Of a DNA stretch of 64,000 bases, positions 19,085 through 28,598 are shown one piece after another (the stretch's first letter is position 1; every line of letters starts with the position of its first letter). The notes under the pieces were generated by a model. That model did no database searches, was not told the origin of the DNA, and worked only from the letters and a program-made list of their open reading frames with translations. The stretch is taken from positions 19,381 through 83,380 of the forward strand of contig JBFMCQ010000003.1 of the NCBI GenBank assembly GCA_040754295.1, given 5' to 3'. Position numbers and translations under genes: made by a program. The DNA comes from Pseudomonadota bacterium. Its GTDB lineage: Bacteria > Pseudomonadota > Gammaproteobacteria > Nevskiales > Nevskiaceae.

Positions 19085-19441
19085 ATGACCCTCTTCGATC
19101 GCCCGGTCCGCGGCTCGCGCAGCGGCCGACCCATCATGGTGCTGCTCGATCTGCTCGGGCGGCGCTGGACGATGCGCGTGCTCTGGGAGCTGCGCGGCGA
19201 GGCGCTGAGCTTCCGTGCGCTGCAGGCGGCGTGCTCGGGCATGTCGCCGTCCGTGCTCAACCGGCGCCTGGGCGAGCTGCGCGACGCCGGGCTGGTCGAA
19301 GCCTCCGCGGCCGGCTATACGCTGACGCCGGGCGGCCGCGAACTCTTGGTGCTGTTCGAGCCGCTGAACCGGTGGGCGGAGCACTGGGCGCAGGAGCGCC
19401 GTGCAGAGGGGCGCCGGACGAAGTCGCATGGGTCCGGGTGA
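19085..19441 (+). CDS. HxlR-family winged-helix transcriptional regulator
   Basis: The 118-aa ORF contains ILDLLGRRWTMRVLWELRGEALSFRALQ...SPSVLNRRLGELRDAGLV. Confidence 0.85.
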   Translation: MTLFDRPVRGSRSGRPIMVLLDLLGRRWTMRVLWELRGEALSFRALQAACSGMSPSVLNRRLGELRDAGLVEASAAGYTLTPGGRELLVLFEPLNRWAEHWAQERRAEGRRTKSHGSG

Positions 19442-20309
19442 GCTGTTCGCGCTGGGCTGCGCGCTGACCTGGGCGGTCGCCGTCATCCTGTTCAAGAAGT
19501 CCGGCGAGCACCTGCAGCCGTTTGCGCTCAATCTGGTCAAGAACGCGATCGTGCTGCCGCTGTTCGCCGTCACGCTGCTGCTCGTCGAAGGCGCCGCGTG
19601 GCCGGCGATTCCAGGGCCGCATCTGTTGTTCATCGCGCTGTCCGGCATCTTCGGCATCGCCGCCGGCGACACGCTGTACTTCCACGCGCTGAACTCGATC
19701 GGCGCGAGCCGCATGGCGGTGGCGCAGGCGCTGTACTCGCCGTTCGTGATTCTGCTGTCGTTCGTCTACCTGCACGAGCGCCTCGGCGCCTGGCAGTTCG
19801 CCGGCGTCGGCCTGGTGCTCGCCGGCATCGTGCTCGTCACCTGGTCGGGCGAGCGCGAGCGCACGGAGGCGCGCGCGCTGCGCATCGGCATCGCCTGGGC
19901 GGTGGTCTCGGTGTTCCTGATGGCGCTGGGCGTGGTCATCGCCAAGCCGATGCTGGAGCAGCACAATTTTCTGTGGGTCGTGACGCTGCGTGTCGTCGCC
20001 GGCTTCGCCGGCATGCTGCTGATCGCGCTGTTCGCCGGCGGGACCGCACGGCTGTGGCGCGCGTATCGCGGCGTCAGCCATTGGCCGGCGATCGTCGCCG
20101 GCGGCATCACCGGCACCTACCTGTCGATGATGCTCTGGCTCGCCGGCTACAAGTACACGCAGGCGTCGATCGCGGCGGTGCTCAACGAGCTGGCCGCGGT
20201 GTTCATTCTGCCGCTGGCGGTGATCTTCCTGCGCGAGCGCGTGCGCCCGCGCCAAGTGCTCGGCGTGATGCTCGCGCTCGGCGGCGTGGCGCTCGTCGTA
20301 TCGATGTAG
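19428..20309 (+). CDS. EamA/DMT-family transporter
   Basis: The protein has 10 TM helices and two EamA-like halves. I chose the internal ATG (MGPGELFALGCALTWAV...), which overlaps the end of the hxlR-like gene. Confidence 0.8.
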   Translation: MGPGELFALGCALTWAVAVILFKKSGEHLQPFALNLVKNAIVLPLFAVTLLLVEGAAWPAIPGPHLLFIALSGIFGIAAGDTLYFHALNSIGASRMAVAQALYSPFVILLSFVYLHERLGAWQFAGVGLVLAGIVLVTWSGERERTEARALRIGIAWAVVSVFLMALGVVIAKPMLEQHNFLWVVTLRVVAGFAGMLLIALFAGGTARLWRAYRGVSHWPAIVAGGITGTYLSMMLWLAGYKYTQASIAAVLNELAAVFILPLAVIFLRERVRPRQVLGVMLALGGVALVVSM

Positions 20310-20445
20310 CCGCCGGCGCCGTCTGTCGGCGCAGCGTGCGCGCTCGGCCGTGGTCGCCTTCAGCGCACGCGGCCGCAGCCGCTTTCGATCTCAGCCTGCT
20401 CCTTTGTCCCGCCTGCGCGCCGGCGCGCGCCCGACCGGAGAATGC

Positions 20446-21279
20446 ATGTCGATCGAGGCCCGCTTCTATCGCATCGTCGTGGACGCGCTCACGTCCGACC
20501 GCCTGGTTCTGCCGACGCTGCCGGAGGTGGCACTGTGCATCCACGAGCTGTTGCAGCGCGACGAGGTCACCAGCAGCCAGCTGGCGGCCGAGGTCCAGCG
20601 TGACCCGGCGATCGCCGTGCGCCTGATCCGCGTGGCCAACAGTGCGGCGATGCGCGGCGGCCGCAGCGTCGAGAGCATCCAGCAGGCGGTCACGCGGCTC
20701 GGGCTGCAGTACACGCGGCTTCTGGTCAACGGCCTGGCGCTCGAGCAGATGTTCAGCGCCGGCAGCGACATGCTCAAGGATCGGCTGGCCCGCTGCTGGC
20801 GCGACAGCGTCAACGTCGCCGCACTGGCGCGTGCGCTGGCGGCGCAGTGCACGCTGCTGCCGCCGGAGATGGCGATGCTCGCGGGTCTGATCCACCGCGT
20901 CGGCGAGCTGCCGATCCTGAAGATGGCCGAGCAGCATCAATCGGCGATCGATACGCCACAGGCGCTCGACGAGGTCGTCGAGCGGCTGGCACCGCGCATC
21001 GGCCGCATGGTGCTGCAGGCCTGGAGCTTTCCGGCGGATCTCGTCGACGTGCCGGTGCTGTGGCGCGATGGCGCGCGCGACCATCCGGGCGCCGCCGACC
21101 ATGCCGACGTCGTCGCCGTCGCCGTGGCGCGGCTGCGCCTGGAGCGGCAGCCGGAGCCCATCCCGCCGCCGATGCCGGCGCATACCAAGCTCGACCTCGA
21201 GCCGTGCTTCGACCTCGGCGGCGCCGGGCCGCTCGCCGACGTCTACCACTCCTCGCTGCGGCTGCTGCAGGCGGCCTAA
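20446..21279 (+). CDS. HDOD domain-containing protein
   Basis: I chose the internal ATG at 20446, which has GGAG upstream. The sequence reads MSIEARFYRIVVDAL...LPTLPEVALCIHELLQRDEVTSSQLAAEVQRDPAIAVRLIRVANSA. No other domain is recognisable. Confidence 0.8.
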   Translation: MSIEARFYRIVVDALTSDRLVLPTLPEVALCIHELLQRDEVTSSQLAAEVQRDPAIAVRLIRVANSAAMRGGRSVESIQQAVTRLGLQYTRLLVNGLALEQMFSAGSDMLKDRLARCWRDSVNVAALARALAAQCTLLPPEMAMLAGLIHRVGELPILKMAEQHQSAIDTPQALDEVVERLAPRIGRMVLQAWSFPADLVDVPVLWRDGARDHPGAADHADVVAVAVARLRLERQPEPIPPPMPAHTKLDLEPCFDLGGAGPLADVYHSSLRLLQAA

Positions 21280-21308
21280 GACGGCACCTCGCCTGCGGCC
21301 TGATCCGC

Positions 21309-23039
21309 TTACGGCGCTGCGAGGCTTTGCTCGCGCACCGCCTTGAACTCCGAGCCTTCCTTCCAGTGCGGCCAGTCGTCGCCGTTGGCGACGCGCCAGC
21401 CGACCGCCAGCAGTACCTGCATGTCCTGCGCGGCGCCGCTCAGATCCCAGTCCGGCTTCACCTCGTCCGACACCGCGTGATAGTCGTTGGCGGTGTATTG
21501 CTGGCGCTTCTTCAAGCCGTAGCCGGCCGGTTTGCCGATGACTTCGTTGCCGCCGTCGGCGTACAGCGCCGGCACGCCGACCTTGGCGAACTCGAACTGG
21601 TCGGAGCGGTAATAGAAGCCCTTTTCCGGCTCCTCGTCGGGCACGATCACGCGGCCGTGCTCGGCGACGACTTCGGCGAGCACGTCCTCGAGCGTGTTCT
21701 GCCCGATGCCGATGATCTGGATGTCGCGCGTCGGTCCCCAGGGGTTGAGCCCGTCCATGTTGATCATCGCCGGCGTGCGCTGCAGCGGGTAGAGCGGATG
21801 CGTCGCGTAGTGCCTGGCGCCGAGCAGGCCCTGCTCCTCGGCGGTGACCGCCATGAACAGCACCGAGCGCTTCGGCGGCGTCGAGAGCTTGCTGTACGCC
21901 TCGGCGATCTCGAGCACGCCGGCGGTGCCGCTGGCGTTGTCGAGTGCGCCGTTGAAGATCTGATCGCCTTCGAGCGCCGTATTGCGCCCCAGGTGGTCCC
22001 AGTGCGCCGAGTAGATCACGTGCTCGCCGGCATGCTGCGGCGACGAGCCGGGCAGGCGCGCGATGACGTTCTGCGACTGCACCTCGCGCAGCTTCGTCGT
22101 GATCCGGAAGCTGGCCTTGGCCTCGAGCGGCACCGGGCTGAAGTCGCGCCGCACCGCGGCGCGCTTGAGCGCTTCGAAGTTCTGCCCCGTGGCGCGGAAC
22201 AGCGCCTGTGCCTTCTCGTTGGAGATCCAGCCCTGCACCGGCACGCTGTTCATGTTCTTGTCGGCGGCGGCGAGCTGGAACTGCTCGCCGCTCCAGCTGT
22301 GCTCGACCACCGCCCACGGATAGCCGGCCGGACCGGTCTCGTGAATGATGATCGCCGCCGCGGCGCCGAGCTTGGACGCGATCTCGTACTTGTAGGTCCA
22401 GCGGCCGTAGTAGGTCATCGCCTTGCCGCGGAACATGCTGTCGTCGAGTCGCGACGGGTCCAAAGGGTCGGGGACGGCCGGATCATTGACCAGCATGACC
22501 AGTGTCTTGCCGCGGACGTCCACGCCCTTGTAGTCGTCCCAGCCGTATTCCGGCGCCTGCACGCCGTAGCCGACGAAGACCAGCTCGGCATCGTTGACCT
22601 CGACTTCGGGTACGAAGCGCGCGGTGACGGCGACGAAGTCGCTGCCCCGGCGCATCCTCAGCTTGCGCGGCCCGGCCCACAGCGTCATGCGCGGGGAGCT
22701 GGTGATGCCGACCAGCGGCACGTCCTGCACGTAGCTGCCGTCCGGATTGCCGGGCGCCAGCCCCATCGCCCTGAACTGCTCGACGAGGTAGGCGACGGTT
22801 TTCTCCTCGCCGATGGTGCCGGGCAGGCGGCCGGCGAACGCGTCCGACGACAGCGTGCGCACGTGGCGCATGAGGTCGTCCGCGGTGATGCTCTCGACCG
22901 CCGCGGCATCCAGCGCCGGCGGTGGCGGCGTGGGCGCCGGTGTGGCGACGACCGCGGCCGGCGGCGGCGCCGCACAGCCGGCGGCGAGCAGCGCCGCGGC
23001 GCCAAACCCGCAGCGTAAAAGCGTCTTCGTGCGCATCAT
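21309..23039 (-). CDS. M28-family metallo-aminopeptidase, lipoprotein, with PA domain
   Basis: The 576-aa ORF has a lipobox (LLAAGC) and zinc-ligand contexts ([42 protein letters not shown]). Confidence 0.85.
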   Translation of the reverse strand: MMRTKTLLRCGFGAAALLAAGCAAPPPAAVVATPAPTPPPPALDAAAVESITADDLMRHVRTLSSDAFAGRLPGTIGEEKTVAYLVEQFRAMGLAPGNPDGSYVQDVPLVGITSSPRMTLWAGPRKLRMRRGSDFVAVTARFVPEVEVNDAELVFVGYGVQAPEYGWDDYKGVDVRGKTLVMLVNDPAVPDPLDPSRLDDSMFRGKAMTYYGRWTYKYEIASKLGAAAAIIIHETGPAGYPWAVVEHSWSGEQFQLAAADKNMNSVPVQGWISNEKAQALFRATGQNFEALKRAAVRRDFSPVPLEAKASFRITTKLREVQSQNVIARLPGSSPQHAGEHVIYSAHWDHLGRNTALEGDQIFNGALDNASGTAGVLEIAEAYSKLSTPPKRSVLFMAVTAEEQGLLGARHYATHPLYPLQRTPAMINMDGLNPWGPTRDIQIIGIGQNTLEDVLAEVVAEHGRVIVPDEEPEKGFYYRSDQFEFAKVGVPALYADGGNEVIGKPAGYGLKKRQQYTANDYHAVSDEVKPDWDLSGAAQDMQVLLAVGWRVANGDDWPHWKEGSEFKAVREQSLAAP

Positions 23040-23103
23040 GCTCTCCTGTTGTCGATCGCGCTTCAGGCCGACGGCGAGGCCACCCGACAGCGCGCGAACC
23101 GGG

Positions 23104-25167
23104 TCACGGTCCGATCCAGCGTTTCAGCCAGGCGCGTACCGTCTCGTGCCACTGCACGCTGTTCTGCGGCTTGAGCACCCAGTGGTTCTCGTCGGGGAAG
23201 ATCAGCAGCTGGCTGGGGACGCCGCGGCGCTGCAGCGCGGTGAACGCGGCGATGCCCTGTTCCGGGGGCACGCGATAGTCCTTCTCGCCGTGAATGACCA
23301 GCATCGGCGTTTTCCACTCGGTGACCTGTGTGGCCGGGTTGTGCTTCTCGTAGGCGCCGGGCGCGACGAAGTACGGCGCGCCGTGCTCCCACTCGTCGAA
23401 CCACAGCTCTTCGGTGCTGTAATACATGCTGCGGTTGTCGAAGATGCCGTCGTGCGAAACCAGCGCCTTGAAGGCTCCGGGCCACTGGCTCGCGATCCAG
23501 TTGATCATGTAGCCGCCGTACGACGCACCCAGCGCCGCCGCGCGGGTTGCGTCGAGGAAGTCGTAGGTCTTGAGCGCGTGCGCCCAACCCTTCTGCAGGT
23601 CGACCAGCGGCTTGCCGCCCCAGTCGCCGGAGATCGAGTCAGTGAACTTCTGGCCGTAGCCGGTGGAGCCGTGGAAGTCGATGAACACGACGGCGTAGCC
23701 CCAGCCGGAGTACACCGCCGGATTCCAGCGGTAGTGCCAGTCGTTGCCCATGCTGCCCTGCGGGCCGCCGTGCACGATGAAGGCGACCGGGTACTTCTTG
23801 CCGGGACGGTAGTTCCACGGCTTCATCACGTAGCCGTAGACGGTTTCGTCGTTCCAGCCGTCGAACGCGAACTGCTCGTAGTCGCCGAAGCGGATCGGTG
23901 CGAGCGTTTCGGCGTTGTGCTGCGTCAGGCGCTGCGGGGTGGTTTCACCGTGCGCGAGGCGATACAGATCGACCGGCGCGCTCAGCGTGTCGAAGCCGTA
24001 GACGATCGCATCGGCGCCGGCGCTGAAGCCCGAGACGTGGCCGCTGGCGGTGAGCGCACTCGGCTTGCCGCTGGCGACGTCGATGGCGAACAGGCGGTGG
24101 TTGCCGATGTCGTCGGCGGTCGTGTACAGCGTCTTGCCGTCGGGCGAGAACGCGAGGTTGCCGGCCGAGCGATCCCAGCCCGGTGCCACCTCGCGGGTGT
24201 CGCCGGTCTTGAGGTCGCGCAGCCAGATCGCGAGGCGATCCGCTTCGAAGCCCGGGCGCCTCATCGCGCGCCAGGCGAGATAACGGCCGTCCGGCGAGAA
24301 CACAGGGCCGACGTCGACGGCCTGGTTCGTCGGCGTGAGGTTCTTCGGCGCGGCCGAGCCGTCGGCGGGCACCCACCACAGGTCGAGATTGGTGCTCCAG
24401 GCTTCGGTCGTGCCGGCGATGCGCGCGGTGAACGCGAGGTGCCTGCCGTCCGGCGCGAACGCGTACTCCGAGGCATCGCCGAAGGGTTTCGACGGCACGT
24501 CGCCGTCGATGCCCTTGCTCACGTGCACCGGGTCGAGCGCGCGGCCGTCGGCGTCGAGCCTGAGCGTGAACAGCTGCGCGCGCGTGCCGTCCTTCCAGCT
24601 GTCCCAGTGGCGGATGAAGAGCTTGTCGAAGAGCATGCCGCTGCGCTTGTCCGCGGCGCGCTCGTCGAGCCGCTTCTTCGTGCACGCGAGATCCGCGCAG
24701 TCGGGAAAGACCTCCATCGACACCGCGATGCGCGTGCCGTCGGGCGACAGCGCGAAGCTGCCGACCGCGAGCGGCAGCTCGGTGACCGGCTTGGCGTCAC
24801 CGCCTTCGGCCAGATCGAGCCGCCACACCTGCGCACTGCCGCTGCGCGTCGACAGGAAGTAGATCCAGCGGCCGTCGGGCGACCAGCGGGGGTCGCTGTG
24901 ATTGCCTTCGGCGTGCGTCAGCTGGCGCGTCTGCCCGCCGGCGAGATCGAGCAGCCAGAGGTCCGTCACCCCCTTGTTCGCCTCGTAGTCCGTGCGCCGC
25001 AGCGTGTAGACCGCCTGCCTGCCGTCGGGCGAGAGCTGCGGGTCGGAGACGCGCACGAGGCGCACGAGGTCGTCGGCCGAGAACGGGCGAGGGCCTTGCG
25101 GGGATGTGGTCGGCATGGCGGCAGTGGCGGTGAGCGCAAGCAGTGCACCCACGATCAAGGATCTCAT
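23104..25167 (-). CDS. S9-family serine peptidase (prolyl oligopeptidase/acylaminoacyl-peptidase type)
   Basis: The 687-aa ORF has a signal peptide, an N-terminal beta-propeller-like region with repeated SPDG motifs, and a C-terminal alpha/beta hydrolase (GASYGGYM nucleophile elbow). Confidence 0.9.
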   Translation of the reverse strand: MRSLIVGALLALTATAAMPTTSPQGPRPFSADDLVRLVRVSDPQLSPDGRQAVYTLRRTDYEANKGVTDLWLLDLAGGQTRQLTHAEGNHSDPRWSPDGRWIYFLSTRSGSAQVWRLDLAEGGDAKPVTELPLAVGSFALSPDGTRIAVSMEVFPDCADLACTKKRLDERAADKRSGMLFDKLFIRHWDSWKDGTRAQLFTLRLDADGRALDPVHVSKGIDGDVPSKPFGDASEYAFAPDGRHLAFTARIAGTTEAWSTNLDLWWVPADGSAAPKNLTPTNQAVDVGPVFSPDGRYLAWRAMRRPGFEADRLAIWLRDLKTGDTREVAPGWDRSAGNLAFSPDGKTLYTTADDIGNHRLFAIDVASGKPSALTASGHVSGFSAGADAIVYGFDTLSAPVDLYRLAHGETTPQRLTQHNAETLAPIRFGDYEQFAFDGWNDETVYGYVMKPWNYRPGKKYPVAFIVHGGPQGSMGNDWHYRWNPAVYSGWGYAVVFIDFHGSTGYGQKFTDSISGDWGGKPLVDLQKGWAHALKTYDFLDATRAAALGASYGGYMINWIASQWPGAFKALVSHDGIFDNRSMYYSTEELWFDEWEHGAPYFVAPGAYEKHNPATQVTEWKTPMLVIHGEKDYRVPPEQGIAAFTALQRRGVPSQLLIFPDENHWVLKPQNSVQWHETVRAWLKRWIGP

Positions 25168-25341
25168 CGTCGTTGGGCTCCTCGCAGCGGAGCGGGGATG
25201 TTATTGAAGCGGCAACATGATATTTGAACTCGGCGCGACGCTGCCCGTTCGCATCGCCCGCGGCGCGGACTGAGGGTAAAGCCTCAGCCTTGCGGCGGGG
25301 CGCCTGCCTATACTCGCCGGAATCCGCCGTCCAGGGACACC

Positions 25342-27060
25342 ATGAGCACGAATCCCCATGCGCGGCCCGGAGATTTCCTGGGCCACCCGAAGGGCCTGTA
25401 CGTCTGCTTCTTCACCGAGATGTGGGAGCGCTTTTCGTTCTACGGCATGAAGGCGCTGCTGCTGCTGTACCTCCTCAAGTACCACCTGTTCGGCGACGAT
25501 GCCGGCTACGACCTGCTCGGCGCCTACGGCGGGCTGGTCTATGCGGTGCCGGTGATCGGCGGCCTGCTCGCCGACCGCTACCTCGGCATGCGCAAAGCGG
25601 TCGTTCTCGGCGGCGTGCTGCTGGTGCTCGGCCATCTGGGCATGGCGTTCGAAGGCGAGCAGGCGCGTATCGTCGACGGCGCCGTCGTGCGCGACGAGAG
25701 TGCGCTGCAGGTGTTCTATCTGTCGCTGGCGCTGATCATCATGGGCGTCGGTTTTCTCAAGCCGAACATTTCGACGATCGTCGGCAAGCTGTATCCCGAG
25801 AACGACCCTCGGCGCGATTCGGGCTTCACGCTGTTCTATGCCGGCATCAACGTCGGCGCGTTGTTCGCGAGCCTGGTCTGCGCCTTCCTCGGCGAGACCT
25901 ACGGCTGGAAGTACGGGTTCGGCGCGGCCGGCATCGGCATGATCGCCGGACTCGGCGTGTTCCTCTGGGGCCAGAAGTATCTCGAAGGCCACGCCGAGCC
26001 CAGCGACCCGGCGAAGCTGCGCGAGCGCGTCGCCGGCCTGCCGCGCGAGGCGTGGATTTATCTCGGCAGTGTCGGCGGCGTGCTCGTCGTCTGGCAGCTG
26101 ATCCAGCGCACGTGGACCGTGCATGGCGCGATGCACGTGATCGCGCTGGCCTTCCTCGCGTGGTTCGTCTGGTTTCTGGTCGCCAAGTGCACGCGCGAGG
26201 AGCGCGGGCAGATGATCTCGCTGGTCGTGCTGATCCTCGCCGTGCTGGTGTTCTTCACGATGTATGAGCAGACCTATGGCTCCTGGATTACGTTCACCGA
26301 CCGGCTGCTGACCAAGGATCTGTTCGGCGCCATCGCCGCCGACGGCGCCGTCCGACTGCCGTGGGCGATCTTCGCGCTCGCCGGAAGCCCGGTGCTGATG
26401 GTGGCGGCGCTCGCCGGCGCCGACCGCGGCCGGCGCGGCCTCGCGCATGCGCTGGTCGGCCTGATGGTGCTCGGCTTCGTCGCCGCGCTCGCGCACGACG
26501 TCGTGCTGGTGCGCCAGACCGCCGGCTCGCTGACCTTCCTCGGTGCGTTCTTCATCGTGCTGCTGGCGCCGCTATTCGCATGGCTGTGGCCGTGGCTCGC
26601 CCGGCGCGGCCTCAACCCGAGCACGCCGCTGAAGATGGCGATCGGGCTCGCCGTTGCCGGCACGGCGTTTCTGCCGCTGATCGCCGCCGCCGAGATCGCG
26701 GCGACGGGCACGATGGCCAGTGTCTGGTGGCTCGTGCTCGCCTATCTGCTGCTCGAGATCGGCGAGGTCTGCCTGTCGCCGATCGGCCTGTCCGCGGTCA
26801 CACAGCTGTCGGTCGCGCGCGTCGTCGGCCTGATGATGGGCGCGTTCTGGCTCGCGACCGCGTACTCGGAGGTGCTCGCCGCGCAGTTCGGCAAGCTGGC
26901 GTCGATCGAACTCGTCGAAGGCGCGGCGCTCGACATGGCGGCCGCGGCGGTGAAGTACGAAGGCCTGTTCGCGACGATGCTGTGGATCGGGCTGGGCGCG
27001 GGCGCGGTCGTGCTGCTGCTGACGCCGCTGCTCAGGCGGGCGATGCACGGCGTGAAGTAA
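25342..27060 (+). CDS. POT/PTR2-family proton-dependent di-/tripeptide transporter
   Basis: The 572-aa ORF contains HPKGLYVCFFTEMWERFSFYGMKALLLLYL, the signature PTR2 motif. Confidence 0.9.
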   Translation: MSTNPHARPGDFLGHPKGLYVCFFTEMWERFSFYGMKALLLLYLLKYHLFGDDAGYDLLGAYGGLVYAVPVIGGLLADRYLGMRKAVVLGGVLLVLGHLGMAFEGEQARIVDGAVVRDESALQVFYLSLALIIMGVGFLKPNISTIVGKLYPENDPRRDSGFTLFYAGINVGALFASLVCAFLGETYGWKYGFGAAGIGMIAGLGVFLWGQKYLEGHAEPSDPAKLRERVAGLPREAWIYLGSVGGVLVVWQLIQRTWTVHGAMHVIALAFLAWFVWFLVAKCTREERGQMISLVVLILAVLVFFTMYEQTYGSWITFTDRLLTKDLFGAIAADGAVRLPWAIFALAGSPVLMVAALAGADRGRRGLAHALVGLMVLGFVAALAHDVVLVRQTAGSLTFLGAFFIVLLAPLFAWLWPWLARRGLNPSTPLKMAIGLAVAGTAFLPLIAAAEIAATGTMASVWWLVLAYLLLEIGEVCLSPIGLSAVTQLSVARVVGLMMGAFWLATAYSEVLAAQFGKLASIELVEGAALDMAAAAVKYEGLFATMLWIGLGAGAVVLLLTPLLRRAMHGVK

Positions 27061-27160
27061 GCACGCCGACGCGGATTTGATCCGGGGAAAGCCGGCAGGA
27101 TGTGCTGAAGCGCAGCCAAGCGCGTCGAGGGGCTTCCGGATGATGCACTGTGTCTTCGGC

Positions 27161-28594
27161 TCAACGGATCCTGTATCTGCACAGCGCCAGCAGTGCCAGC
27201 AGCAGACTCAGGCCCAGCGCTCCGCCGCCGCCACCGCCGGAGGAGTCGTCGCTGCACTCCGCCGGTGCCGCGCTGCCCGGATTCTTGCCGCCGATCGCGC
27301 GGCAGCCGCTGCCGGTCGGATCCAGCCAGGCCTTGAGCTGTGCCGACGGCTCCGCGCCGGCGGTCCATTGCCGCTCGAGGCGGGCGTAGAAGTCCGGCTC
27401 GTCGTTGTCGATGTTGCCTTCGCAGGCGGCGCTGCCGCCGGAAAGCACACCGACGATGCGGCGATTCTGGTTCCAGAGTCCGCTTCCGGATGAGCCTTCC
27501 TCGGTGGTGCCCTGCGCCCAGCGCCGAACCTCCCATGCCGGAATCTGCGGGCCGCCGGCTGTGATCTGCACATTGGCTGCTACAAGCGGCGCCGTGAACT
27601 CGCTGATCTTCTTCGCGTCGCCTGACGGGTGGTGGATGCTCACGCCGCTGTTGCCGCCAGCACCGCTGGCATCCCAGCCGGCGTAGTAGACGTTGAAGGC
27701 GGCGCTCGGCGGCTGGTTCAGCTCGATCAGCGACAGATCAGTGTCGCGGTCCCGGGCGCGCAGCGTCGCACCGCTCTGCGCCTGATCGTCCGGCGCGTTG
27801 TCGACACCGCAGGCGCTGTTCTGGAAGTTCCAGTAGACGACGACGCCCGATGCCGGGCTGCCGATGCGGCCGATCCCGCAGTGATCTGCGGTCAGGATGA
27901 AAGGCCTGTCGTCCTGTGCGGTGTTGTTGACGAGGGTGCCGCTGCACAGGCCGACGAAGCCGAGCGTCACCGGAACCTGCACCTTGACCACCGAGCGGCT
28001 CTCCTCGCGCCAGGCGTCGCCGAGCGGGCAGACCGCGTCGATGTTGCATGCGCCCGAGTCGCCGAGCTGGGCGGCGTTCCTGTAGGCATGACCGAGCCGG
28101 CCGAGGTGCAGCTCGACGTCCTCGCGCCGGCGGGTCGGCACCTGCAGCTCGATCACCGCCGTTTCGCCCGGCACCATCGCGGTCCACAGGCTGCCATCGG
28201 CGGTGTGGTTGCGCGCGTCGTAAGGACCCTGAACGGCATGGCCGCCCGCGTCGTAGATCCACAGCGCAGCTTCCTCGGGCACGCGGAAGCGCGCGAATTC
28301 CATCAGCAGCGACTGCGCGCCGGCGGAGTAAACGCGCGTGCGCCAGCGGCTGACGCCGGCTTCCGGCTCGTCCCACACGCCGCCGGCGAGATCCACCGGC
28401 AGCGGCACGGTCACCGCGAACAGCGCCGGCCCGCTGCCCTTGACGTCCTGCGCCGCTTCGATCGCCTTGGCGGTCGCCGCAGGCGGAGCGACATGCAGCG
28501 GCAGCGCGTCCAGGTCGGACAGATCGCCGGCCGGGACCGCGGCAAGGCAGGTCGATGTCCAGCACAGCGCGCAGGCCAGAACGACGACGCGCAT
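27161..28594 (-). CDS. Secreted lysyl-endopeptidase-like (S1, Lys-C family) serine protease with GlyGly-CTERM-like tail (copy B)
   Basis: This is an internal start within track ORF 27161..29191 (MRVVVLACALCWTSTCLAAV, a signal peptide). The triad contexts are TADHCG, TDLSLIEL and GSSGSGLW. The C-terminus is ...CSDDSSGGGGGGALGLSLLLALLALCRYRIR*. Confidence 0.85.
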   Translation of the reverse strand: MRVVVLACALCWTSTCLAAVPAGDLSDLDALPLHVAPPAATAKAIEAAQDVKGSGPALFAVTVPLPVDLAGGVWDEPEAGVSRWRTRVYSAGAQSLLMEFARFRVPEEAALWIYDAGGHAVQGPYDARNHTADGSLWTAMVPGETAVIELQVPTRRREDVELHLGRLGHAYRNAAQLGDSGACNIDAVCPLGDAWREESRSVVKVQVPVTLGFVGLCSGTLVNNTAQDDRPFILTADHCGIGRIGSPASGVVVYWNFQNSACGVDNAPDDQAQSGATLRARDRDTDLSLIELNQPPSAAFNVYYAGWDASGAGGNSGVSIHHPSGDAKKISEFTAPLVAANVQITAGGPQIPAWEVRRWAQGTTEEGSSGSGLWNQNRRIVGVLSGGSAACEGNIDNDEPDFYARLERQWTAGAEPSAQLKAWLDPTGSGCRAIGGKNPGSAAPAECSDDSSGGGGGGALGLSLLLALLALCRYRIR

Positions 28595-28598
28595 GAGG